DNA of 63,898 nt, counting the filler. It is 10 parts of 10 records of this genome, joined end to end, with 100 filler letters (N's around TTAATTAATTAA, not from the genome) between each part and the next. Parts side by side here need not be neighbours in the genome. Positions count along the whole stretch, not along the records: positions 1 to 12,258 come from SRR7504441_4033; 9 more parts are not named here. One strand, given 5' to 3'. Position numbers and translations under genes: made by a program. This document shows, one piece after another, positions 1 to 12,100 of this stretch. The notes under the pieces were generated by a model. It was not told the DNA's origin and did not search any database. It saw only the letters and a program-made list of their open reading frames with translations. Numbering within the stretch: the stretch's first letter is position 1; every line of letters starts with the position of its first letter.

Positions 1-110
1 TGGCCAGGCAGAGGTACCCAGTGCCAGGCAGTACAGGAGTGCCACCTACACGGTGCTCTGCAACGTAGCCACAGGTGGAAACTGGCCACAGGCGCTCCCA
101 GATGGCTCGT
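1..110 (-). other. Start of PKS dehydratase domain (runs off window)
   Basis: YVAEHRVGGTPVLPGTGY matches the DH HxxxGxxxxP motif. Confidence 0.8.
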
Positions 111-3100
111 GGAGCTACTGGGAGCTCATCGGCTGTTATTCTACTGATTGTTGATTCTTTGGTATCCCACCAAGCGTATACGGCCTGCCGATAGAGCACT
201 ACTGGTTGCTCAAGAGTCGCTGCCTCTTGGTCTAAGGCACTTGTCTTATGCGCCAGAACGATGTGGGCGTTGGTTCCGGCAAATCCAAAGGAGCTGACTC
301 CTAGCGTCCCTCCTGGTGGCAGTCCCGAGCCCTGCGATGGCAGGCACACTGGTAGTTCGTCGAGCTGTATGTGCGGGTGAGTCCCCAACAGGTGCAAGTT
401 GGGACTGATGCAGCCGCGTGAGAGAGAATAAACACTCTTCACCACCCCTGAAGTGCCAGCAGCGAACTCTGTGTGGCCAATATTGCTCTTGAGGGCGCCA
501 AACAGGCTACGTATGGGCGCTGGGTCCTCGTCGTGGACCAGAGCTAAGGCTGCTGCTTCGATCGGATCCCCCAGTGCTGTGCCTGTCCCATGACCTTCTA
601 TAGATCCGATTTTCAGAACCCCTAAGGCCTGTTCGATCACTACTTGCTGAGCTAGACCATTCGGAGCCATGAAACTGGCACTGCGACCGTCTTGATTGGT
701 GCTAAATCCCTCTACGGAGACGAGCTTGCAGTCGCGTCGGCTATCTTGCTTGGTAGAAGCACCGGCTGAAAGGAGGACTTTATTTGATGTACAATTGCTC
801 AGTACAACAACTGAGCAAGCGTCTCCTCGCCCATAGCCATCAGCTCTGCGGTCAAAAGTCTTACAGCAGCCATCTGGGGAGAGAGCGCCTAATGCACACA
901 TCACAGTCCAAGCTCCCAATCCGAATGTCAGATTGACCCCTGCACTGACCGCATGCTCACAGCTGCCTCCATGGAGGCCTCGGCATGCTGCGTCCATGGC
1001 CACCAGCGATGATGAACATGCTGTGTCGATGCTGCAACATGGGCCCTTCAGGTCCAGAGTGTACGAGATCCGACCACATGCAGCGGCTGCATTGACGGCA
1101 TGGGCAGTGTACGTGTTTACGCGATGCACAAAGGAACCCCAACCGGTTTGGCCAAACCCCAACCAGACTCCTGTCTTCGGCGTCTCCGCGATGGTATGTG
1201 CCTTACGCGCTGCAGCAAGCGCTCCAAACACCGTCTCTAACAGGATACGCTGATGTGGATCGGTCGCCTTGGCTTCTAACGCATTCATGTCGAATGCAAG
1301 ATGGTCAAAGAGCTCAGGGTGATCGATGAAGTGACCATGCTGCACGTAAAGGTCTCCTGTTGCTGATTCAATGTAAGATTCTGGAATAAGTTGCAGAGAC
1401 TCGTACCCTTGAAGCATCATTGAGAAGAGTGATTTTGGTGCCTTGCACTTGCCAGGTGCAGTGCACTGCATGCTGACCACACAACAGCTACGAACAAGAG
1501 CACTCGAGGCAACTGCGGGCGCGACCTGGTTGGTTTGAGCACTGGCATAAGAAGTAGTCTTTGAATCCAGATGCTCTGCAATGGCAACAACATTGGGGTA
1601 CTGGAATACCAGTATCGCAGGGAGCTGCTTAGCATCTTCACTTAGCAACCCCTGTAGTTTACGACTAAGGCGCACAGCACTGAGCGAGTTTAACCCAGCT
1701 TGCATTAGCGGCTGCATCCGACCGACACTATGGCCTATCAAGTCTTTGACCTGTTCAAGGACAGCGTCTTCCAAAAGGGCCCGAGCGGAAGTGGGTATGG
1801 GAGGACGCTGAGACCTCGCATCATTCGGAATTTCCTGGACAGCAGCACCTAAAGGATCTGGCAATCTCTGGCGGTCCAACTTGCCAGAGGCATTCAGGGG
1901 CCATGCCGCCATTGCCATGAGCTGTGATGGCACCATGTAAGCTGGAAGGTTGTGCTTGCACACCTCAATAACCATGTCAGTATCGATTTCCTCGGGCAAT
2001 ACGTATCCTATCAGACAATCAACCCCCGATTTGTGTAGCAGTACAAGCGCGTGCTGTACCCCGGGTGCGCTCTGAATGACTGCCTCCACCTCATTCGCCT
2101 CAATCCGCTGCCCATTCAATTTGATCTGAAAATCAACACGGCCAAGGAACTCCAGGGTGCCATTCGCTAGCCACCGGACTCGGTCACCAGTAGCATAAAG
2201 CCGCTGCTTAGACCAGAACGAGTTGTAGAAACTGCGGGCAGTGGTGCCGGGACGAGCAATGTAACCACAGGAAAGCTGGATCCCACCAAGCTGCAGTTCG
2301 CCAGCAACTGCAACAGGAACCAGCATTTGGCTATCAACTTGTACAAAACAGCTCAGGTTGGGCAGGGTTGTACCGATCGGTACATGATAAGCACCGTGCA
2401 TTTCTTCCCCATAGCATTCATAGCCATGCGATGCGATGGTTGCTTCTGCTGGACCATACCGGTTGGTGAATTTAAGATGGTGTCCGCAGCCGAGCACGCG
2501 AGTAGGCAGTGATGGCTTGCATGCTTCGCCAAGCACAAACACATGGCGTACATGAGAAGGAAACAGCTCCTTGTCAGGGCACATGTCTAGGTAGAAAGCC
2601 AGAACGGAGGGCACCAGATCAATGAATGCCACCACCTCGCTACTCAGTAAATGCACTGTGTGTAGCGGATTAAGCATGGATCTAGAATTGGCAAGCACTA
2701 ATCGTGCACTAGATGTCAATGGACACCAGACAAGCTGAACTGAGGCGTCAAATGTGAAAGCAGTAGAATGTAAGACCCCTTCGTGAGGTGCAAGACCCAC
2801 CGTCTCGCTGGTATGAGCCAAATACGCTGATAGTGATCCCTGCTGCACCATCACACCCTTGGGCCGGCCTGTTGACCCTGACGTGAAGAGCACATACGCG
2901 AGCTGCTCGGCAGGAACCTCTGTGGATACTATTCCGGCACACCCCTTGTTCGTATCTGGTTCTGCATCGTGTAGTTTCCATTTTTCACCTGCGATCACGG
3001 TCACCCGGGCGAAGTGCTCCGCAATAGCCAGAAATCGACGTTGCACCACTACGGCAACACAGTCGCACGACCCTGTCATGCATGCCAGTCGCACTAGTGG

Positions 3101-6100
3101 TTGACTTGGATCGAGTGGGACATATGCCTGCCCAGCGCGCATGATGCCCACGATCCCAACAATCTCGTGCACACTCCTCTCCACGCACAGCCCCACCACC
3201 TCTGCAGGCTGGTATCCAGCGCGCATTAGCTGGTCAGCCAACTCTGTACTCTGCCACTCTAATTCGCCGTAGCTCACCGCATGACCCTCAAACAGCAACC
3301 CTGTGGCTGCAGCCCTGCTTACTGTGATCTGCTCGAACCGTGCAGGTGCCGGTACTGTGCTGAACACAGCGGCAGTGGCGTTCCATCGCTGCATCACCAA
3401 CTCTGCCTCGCGGACTGGTATTATTAGTAGTGCAGCAAGAGCTACGTCCGGCCGATCTGCCACAGCCTGCGCCAGCTGCATGAGCAGGCGGCCCAATCTT
3501 GCAACCTGAGGCCACACAGCGACTTAAAATCGCAACAAGTAGTTATATTAGGTTTGATTTACCGTGTCGCGTTGAAACAAGCCCGGATCATAGCTGATGT
3601 GCCCAAGCCAAGCCAGCGTCTGTGAGTTCGAGGGTGACAAGTGCAATTGCAGCTGCACAAGCGCAGGCTGGTGCGCATAAGCTCCAAGTGTTTCCAACCC
3701 ATTCATTGGTGGCAGGCGCGACTTATGGAGTCCCCTCTCCCACAGAAATAAGTTCTGGTACACCGGTGGGTGTAGAGCATCTCGCCGTAGGTGGCGAAGA
3801 GATCCCAGAATCCGCATAAAGGGCACAGATCCATGATGAAGACAGTCCAGCACCACTTTGCTGGTAGCTGTCACCAGGGAGCGGAAGCCTTGTTGTGGCT
3901 GTACAGTCACATGGGCAGCCAGGGTGTTGACAAAGTAGCCCACCAGTGGCAGTAGCAGCTGGTGTTCTCGATGAGCATATGGAAATCCCACCACCACAGC
4001 TTGCTGCCCGGCATACCTGCATAGTGATGCTGCCCAGCATGCTAACCCAACGTGCATCGGTGTGGCGCCAGCAGCAGTCCCCCCAATGCTTTCGGGGATT
4101 TGTACCTCCACTTGACCGGGCGGATCCTTTGTCGCCTGAACTTCGCGAGTGTCAGCAAGATCAAGTACAGGCAGGTCGCCATCGTGCAAAGTCTTCTGCC
4201 AGTAGGATAGGCCTTTCTCCAGTGCACTCCTTTCTCCACCCCACTCGAGCGTTGCGTGGTGCCACGCGGCCCAGTCTAGGTATTGCACGGGCAGCTCTGC
4301 CAGCTCTGGACTACGACCAGACACTGCAGAGCTGTACGCTGAAGCTAAATCAGCCATGAGCGGTGAAAAGGACATGCCATCGCAAGCAATGTGATGCATT
4401 GTCAATACCACCCAGCACTCACTGGTCGATACAGACTGTACTTGCACCACATGAAACCTTAATGGTCCAGCTGTCTGAAGGTCTAGCTTCTCTTCATTCG
4501 CAAGCTTGACTGCTATTTCTGCAGCCTTGTGATCAGGCACAAGAACAGTGGAGTCCATCACTGACGCCAGAGAAAACAAGGATGTACTTGGACTTGCATC
4601 TACTTGCTGCGTTGCACTGCCGTCCTCTGAGTGCATGTATCTAGTCCTTAGGATATCATGCTTCGCCACCGTTGCCTGGAGTGCAATCGAGAGTGCGTGG
4701 CTGTCTAGCTTGCCGCTCAGTTGGATTACGAGGCTGATGTTATAGTTCGCATCCGGGTTGAGCTGCAACAGAGTCCACATCTGCTGCTGCATTGGCGACA
4801 GCGGCCAGCGTCGCTTCTGGCTGTCGCTATTTATACGCCTCTGCAAGCGTGGCTTACAATTGATGGCAGATTGCACAGTCGTGCCAGAAATTTCGAGTGC
4901 ATACCATTCAACAGAACCATCACGATAGCTGTCAGCAGCCCGCTTGAGCAGATGGGGATATCGCTCAAGCTGTGTCACTTCCCCTGCAAACCCGTGCGCG
5001 ATAACATGCCACATATCAATTTGATGCTTGTGCCCTGCGGTGCCGCCCCGGGTGGTCCATGTCCAGTGGTCATCTGCAGCCTTGTGGATAGAGTGGGACG
5101 AACCATGAAGTGGCGGTCTCTCCTCTGGAAGTATGAAGCGAATTTCTGCATTCGTACAGTTCTCATCAAATTGAAATTCCATACTAGCTCCCTTAGCAGA
5201 GTGTATACTCAAAAGCAGCGCGATCCCCGGAATCGTAGAAGAAACCATGCACGTGCGGCCGCAGCTACAGCTGAGAGTGCGGGTGACCTCGTCCCATTGC
5301 TCACTACCATCCACACAGATCAAGAGACATGTCTCAGGAAGGTCCATCCACCATACACCGCTGAACCAAGTTGGAAAGCTAGAGGTCTGCAAATTATCCA
5401 ATCGAGCTCGCCTGTGAGCCAGATGGCTTGTGAGTGCCTTGTGTGCTATTTTCACCGCCGGTGTTTTATCGAGCATATATTTTGCTTTGGTCAGAGGCGT
5501 AAATATTGACCGTGCAGTTTGTGCAGATCGCAACATCGGAGCCTGGACCGCCGATAAGAGGTCATCAAGGTCCAACGTGCAGCTAGCTCCTCCGATTGGA
5601 AACGCTTTGAATAACTCTTCCCAGACCTTGCTGGTCCTTCCGCCCGCATCTCCCTCGTAATACGAAATCGTACCCCTCTCCTTTGCTTGGGACAAAAACT
5701 CAGAGTATGCCGGGGTTCGCGTCACCTCACCATCGGCCATCACCTTCAAGAGTCGGCGGAACCTGTAGGTAACAAACTCCTTCGTACCACGGTCGCACAA
5801 GCGCCTCTCCCACTCGTCGTCGTCGATTCTGTGCATGGTGTTCAACACAATCCTGCGTTTCTCGCTACCATCCATGCTTCTGTAACTGATCAAGCATGAG
5901 TCCAGCTCTGGGTTAAACTGCCACTGCATCACATGAGGTTTTTCGTAGGCATTGAAAAGCGCGACACCCAAAGATGTCGCATCATACGTCCAGGATGGCT
6001 GTCGAAGACACTGGAAAGTGCTGGTTTCGGTGCACCACGAGCACGTGTTATCATGCCCAATCAGTGTTAGTTGTTCGGCATGAGGATTGTCTTCCATCCA

Positions 6101-9100
6101 CCACAGGCCTTTCAGGAATTGCGGACAGGTCAAGAAGGATCCCTGCTGCAGCTTAATAGGCCATCTTTCGAGTCCTTGCTCATAAGTACTCTTCTTGATT
6201 CTGTTACCAAGGATGGAAAGAGCAAGTGCTTCTATCATCGTCTGTTCAAGCGCCCTTCTTTCAGCTTCAGTGCCGGTGTTGGACGATTCTTTGGCGCATG
6301 ATGCCGGCGACGGGACTTCTTTGGGTGCTGCATTTGTCATATGTTGATTGGCCGGGTAGAATGCGGGACTTTCAGCCTGGGCGCGAGATCCGTGGAGGTC
6401 TAACAACTCAGCTTCATCGTCTGCCGATGCAGTGCTGACAATGGGCATATTGCCATCGAGGCTCAGAATCTGATCTGACATTGCCTTGATCGTCGTATGC
6501 TGGTAAAAGTCAGATGGTGCAAGCTCTAAACCATGCTCTGCAGATATGGCTCTTGCAAGCTGTACTACTTGCACAGACGTCAGCCCGAGTTCCCCCCAAG
6601 TACTGTTAAGAGACACAGCGGCTGGGTCCAGTTTGAGGTGGCTTGCCACAAGTTCATGAACCGTGGACATAGACAGGTGTTGCGGACTGAGATCCAGATA
6701 GTCTGCCACTAGGCCGTGCACTTTGGTTGTCACGGCTTGGTCGCCCTGTATAGTACCGCTACTCTGTGGGTGATCGCCTCCTCCGTGCGGCACAACCTTC
6801 AACCACTCACCGCTGGCATGTAGTTCATACCACTTCGCAATGACCGGATAAGTATGCCGTCCAGCCATGATACGGTTGGCAGCCTGCAGCCCAGATACCA
6901 TTGCATCCTCGTGAGACATGATTCCATTAAGGTAAGATCCAGCAAAGTAGGCGCCCTTGGAGCCTTGTAGGGCCTGCATCTGACACCGGAGCTCGAGAGC
7001 GCGACAGTTGAGCTGGGTGTGCGAGAAGCGCGGGCCCTCGACTCCATCATGGATTGGCAACTGGTTACCATACGAGTATGTGACAAACACGGGCTGCTGT
7101 GTGAGGTTACAAGGATTGCATCTCGTGATTGTCAAGGTGTCCGACCAGTTCGGAGTGTCTTCGGCTCCAGGCAGTACGCGGTTCAGGGCAGCCCACCTTG
7201 TTTGATCCTCCGGCATCCATGAGGCATCACGGTGCAAGGTTGCAGATCCTCCGCGCATGTCAAATGCAGCAAGGACGGAACGCTCTTCGGAAGTTGCACA
7301 TGATGCAAGTACCTCGAGTGCCTGATCTGGATGGGTTGCAACGATCAACTGTGCACATTCGACTTCATACTCAGCACCCGTTTCTCTGATGGCGACATTG
7401 AGCTTGCATTGGTCGTTGGTGCGTTGCAACAACTTGGTATTGCACCCGGTGATGAATTTGACGCCGCGTTGTTCCAGGAAAAGTCGGTAAGACTCGCTAT
7501 AGCTACCAGATCCGCCTCGTACCATCTGTTGGTCGTAAATAAGCTCCAGCTCGTCGCCACTACGACTTGGGCGAAATGCGCTCTCCAACCAGATCCGGAT
7601 GGGCCAGTCCAAGTATGTGCTGAGCTTTTCTCCAGGAAATGCTCGCACAATGAAACCCAGCACCGTGGACGGTTCGAATCCGTGCAGTCGCGCAAATTCA
7701 CGCACTGTTGTTGTGGTGGTAGGCTGGTTAATGAGCATGTGCAGCGCGGCCTTCATGAACCTTTCGACCTCACTAGCATGTGGAGAAGAAGTTGTATCGG
7801 AACCGCGAACAAATTCGCTGAAATCGAGCATCCACTGCTTTGGCTTGTAGGTTTCCACACCAATCAAATCAAACAAAGCGTATACATTTGGATGGGTGTC
7901 AGGGCTCATGCTGCCACCAAAGGCCGGATCAGTCGACCACACCACGTTGTCGTGCTCATCCCTAGTTTCAAAGGAGCAGGCATGACCGCCTACCACTTCC
8001 TGCTTCTCGAGCACAGTGACCGAATACCCAAAAGTGGATAGCGCCAGTGCTGCTGACATGCCCGCGGCTCCAGCTCCCACCACACACACACTGTTGGCCA
8101 GATCAGAGGATAGTGACAAAGCCACAGTTGGCAAAGGAATCAAATGTACCAGAAGCCGCTTTGGGGCATTCGCTTGTTTGACTTGTGCAACTTCGAACTC
8201 AGCTTTAGGACCGACGAGATTCCATCGCACCCTGGACACAATACGAGCAACAGCTAGCTCTATACTCGAAGGCACAAGATCTTGTGCTGGGCATCGTCTG
8301 CCAGTCAAGCCACCTATCCCAAACACTAGCTCTGCTGCTTTCCTGGCATTATCTGGCAGCTTCTTGTTGAACCTGTCTGGTACAAATCGATTAGGGTCTT
8401 TGAATATCCCGGCATCCCGCATCGAATGGAAGATGCTTGCCTCGATGTGAGTGCCTCGAGGAATACAAAGTCCGCTCAGTGTCAGGTCCTGTGATGCAAC
8501 CACATGGCAAAATGGGACAGGAGTGTGTAACCGGAGCACTTCTTTGATGATACTGTTCAGAAGCGTCGGAGACGAAGCGACTTCATGTTGTTGAGCCTTG
8601 CAACCTCCTTCAAGGACCTCTGTCCGAACCTTCTTACAAACAGATGGATCATTCGATAGCTCAGCAAGAACGGCACTCAGTGCTCCGACCATCCCAGCAT
8701 ATGCAGCGAGCACGACCGTCCCAAGGCTCTGCCACACATGCTCTTCATCCGTTTCTTCATCACGGCCCTCAGGGAAAAGCCGCTTGGAAGAGCGTATCTT
8801 AGCCACTATGGTATCCCTGGCCTCGAAGGACTGTTCGGTGGGCGTTACAATACCATCAAACAGAGAATCAAAGCTCGAAGACGCTTCAGGCCAATCGATA
8901 TCCAATAGAAGCGCGCAGATGAGGTCAGCTACATATACTTTGACTTCGATGACCCAATCCAAGGTTCCAAGCGACAGCCAACGTCCCACATAGCGATCTG
9001 TCAAGTTACACACTACTTCTGCGCTTTGAGATGAAGAGGTTGCTAACCAATCAAGAGTCCAACACTTTTGCCTATCATGAGCGATACCATTCTCGAACAG

Positions 9101-12100
9101 CGAAATTCGGTGGCCTTTGAATAGGTCACTTGCGACAGGAACCTGACCAAGAAACCAACACTTTGAAGTCTGCCCCTCATCAAATGCAACTTGCACGTCC
9201 TTCAGAGAGGTCACGATGCAGGTAGGTCGATGCTGTACGTTGAGTTGGAATACGGGTCCATACGCTGAGATATTTTCATCAACGAAGGCACGCCAGTTTG
9301 AAGTCATCTGGTGCATATTTCCAATTGGATCGCCTCCACCCCCTGGGCCTGGGATGTGACTTAGATCAAGAGCAGAGGCGACAGGAGGGTCGACACTAGT
9401 CGTGTACGCTTCTGCAGAACGCTCCCAGCATCGTATGAGCTGCTCCCATGACACCCTGTCCTCACTCCTACCGCACTCAGCGATGCTGGAAGCACATGGC
9501 ACATAGTTGCATGTGCCGTACGCAATTTGGTTACAAATTCGGGCCAGCCTACTACCGCCTTTAGAATGCAGGTCGTCATAGGTACGTCGAAGCGTATGTT
9601 TGGCTGAATCTGTGAGGTCGAGTCCTGGATTGTCCAGAAAAGGACACTTATACCCCCTGGAACTGGGTATATTTGCCGCCTTTGCTGCAGTAGGCCCTGA
9701 AGGTGGCTGGCATTTGTGATCCCAGATTCTCGAGAGCAGCATGCACATGTGGAGCCCGCTTGACTTGCAGTTTTCTACAACTAGGTGCACATTCACACCG
9801 CTTGCTGCGTGTCCGTGCACGGCTGCGGTCTTTGTGACCAGACTAGTCTCCTGGACTGGTGCCAGGGGTTCCTTAAGGTGTTTAGTGGGTCGCATTAACT
9901 TCAAGTGGGTCGAAGATGTTCGTGTACTGAATGCTTCCAGTGTAACTAGCAGCGCCAACAGCCCAGAGGCAGCTACAGTGTGCCCATAGTTGGCCTTGTG
10001 ATTCTGTAGAGTCCCAGGAGGCAACCAGGTATTTCTTAGAGCCAACAACTCCGTCGCATCCGCCACAAGCTGGCCTATTCCATGGATATGCAGCAGTTCC
10101 ACAGAACATCCTGCCTGAGCTGTCCTCACTGCTGACTCTTGTGACTCCTGGTCCGGGGAGAGGAGCGAAGGTAGCCTGGGACGGTTGTGCGTCACAGCAG
10201 ACCTACTAAAAATTCCAGAGTGTTCTTGGCTGTTGCCAAGAGCCTGCAGCACCAAGGCCACGCATGCCTCTCCACGCACTAGGCCATCGGCAGCCTGGTC
10301 GAGTGGACGGCAAACTCCAGTGGGTGATAGAATGCCCTCCTGCAGCATGCCTCGACTCACCACCGGCTGGAGCATCAGTGTAACACCAACTACCAACGCA
10401 GCATCACACGACCTCCCTACAATCTCCTCTCTGGCATTGTGCAGCGCTAGATGTGATGAAGTGCAGGCTACCTCCTCATGGTAACAAGGGCCCTGTAATT
10501 TCAGGGCGTTGGCTAATAGCCTCGGTAGATTACAAGTGACCATGGAGGTCCCAAAGTCGTGACTGATCGCTGCAGTGAATACTGCTACCACGCCTCTTAA
10601 GTTGACACTGCCCAGCACCGCCTCTGTACCGACCTCCATAGCTAGCCGGGCGTGGAAGTCAAGTTCAGCGACACCCAACTCGGTAAGGCCAAAGTAGGCT
10701 GCGTCAAAGAAGTCAATGCTTTGCAGAAACGCGCCTGAGCTCGTACCTCGACCACCAGCATTCCAGCGGCTCGGAGGTGTGTGAGTAAGGTAACAAGTTG
10801 CGCTGGCGAGTGATGGCCAAAGGGGGCCAGCGACTCGACTAGCCCGTCCAACAATAGCCACTCCCACCATGTCAACGACGTGCTGTGCTTTCGCTGGCAC
10901 TGGGTTCGCCATGCCAGTAGAGATCCGATCAAAGATGCACGTAGCTGCCGCAGACGAAGTGTCACAATCCAAAAGTAAGGTGGACGGGATCTCGAAACCA
11001 AACTGCGAGTGCACCAGCTCGGAGGCTTCGATCATCTTTAGGGAATCCAGCCCTGCAGCCGTCAGCGAGCTCTCCGCGGCAAGCTGGTCGTTCAAAACAT
11101 GCTGCATGATCTCCAGCACCCTGGAATGAACCCACTGCTTCAAACTGGCCTCACTTGAATCTACTGGTGGCAGCTTGTCTGCGCAAAGGGCCTTTTCAGG
11201 GCTCGGATCCTGTGGGTAGATGGCGCTGGCCGACTCCGCAACCCAATGAGCAATGCACTCAAACATCTCCTTAGTACTATCATGGCTCGTGGTGCACTCG
11301 CCCGTGGCTGCTTGCTGACGCCGGTCGTGCCAGTCTAGGAAACCCTGCTTGCAGGCCTTGCGCCGAATCTTCCCACTGGTGGTCTTGGGCACAGTCCGTT
11401 CCTTTAGAAGAAGCATTGCATAGCATCGCAGCTGGTGAGCATCCAACACCTTAGCCTTGGCAGCCTGAATTGCGTCTTGGCACGCTTGATTGCTCGGATT
11501 GCCCTTGAACTCGGCGATTAGCACCAGATGCTCTGTCCCATCAATCTCCACTCCGAATGCAGCCGAACAGCCTGGACGAAATGCAGCGTGACTTGCCTCA
11601 GCAGTGCGCTCAATATCTTGAGGATACTGGTTGCGCCCTCGAACAATGATCAAATCCTTGAGCCGGCCACACACATAGAGCTCGCCATCATGCAGGAACC
11701 CAAGATCGCCAGTCCGCAAATACTCGACTCCGTCAAGCTTGGCTCCGAAAGTCTCCTCGCTCAGCTCAGGCTTGCCCCAGTACCCCTGAGCCTTGCTTGG
11801 ACCACTCACCCATATCTCGCCCACGCGGTCAGCTTCCAGCTCTGCAGCGCTCTCCTGGTCGACTATCCGAATGCCCACCCCTTGACCAGGCGTACCGCAG
11901 CTCACCAGCTGCACCCACAGCTCAGCTACAGCTGGTTCAGGCAGAGGCTGGGGGAGCACACACCTCACAGTAGGGCTCCTCGGACATCGAATGCACAGTA
12001 ACAGTAACCACGTTTCTGCCCAGATCCGCAGTGCTCGCCCTCAAGATTGTCGGCGTTCGCAGCTCAGGTCCCCGCCCTGTCACATACACCGCTGCACACA

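Noticed and set aside
3548-3550. Stop codon ending the 2806-aa ORF
   Set aside because: It lies inside a 57-nt GT-AG intron (3506..3562); the C domain continues into the A domain.
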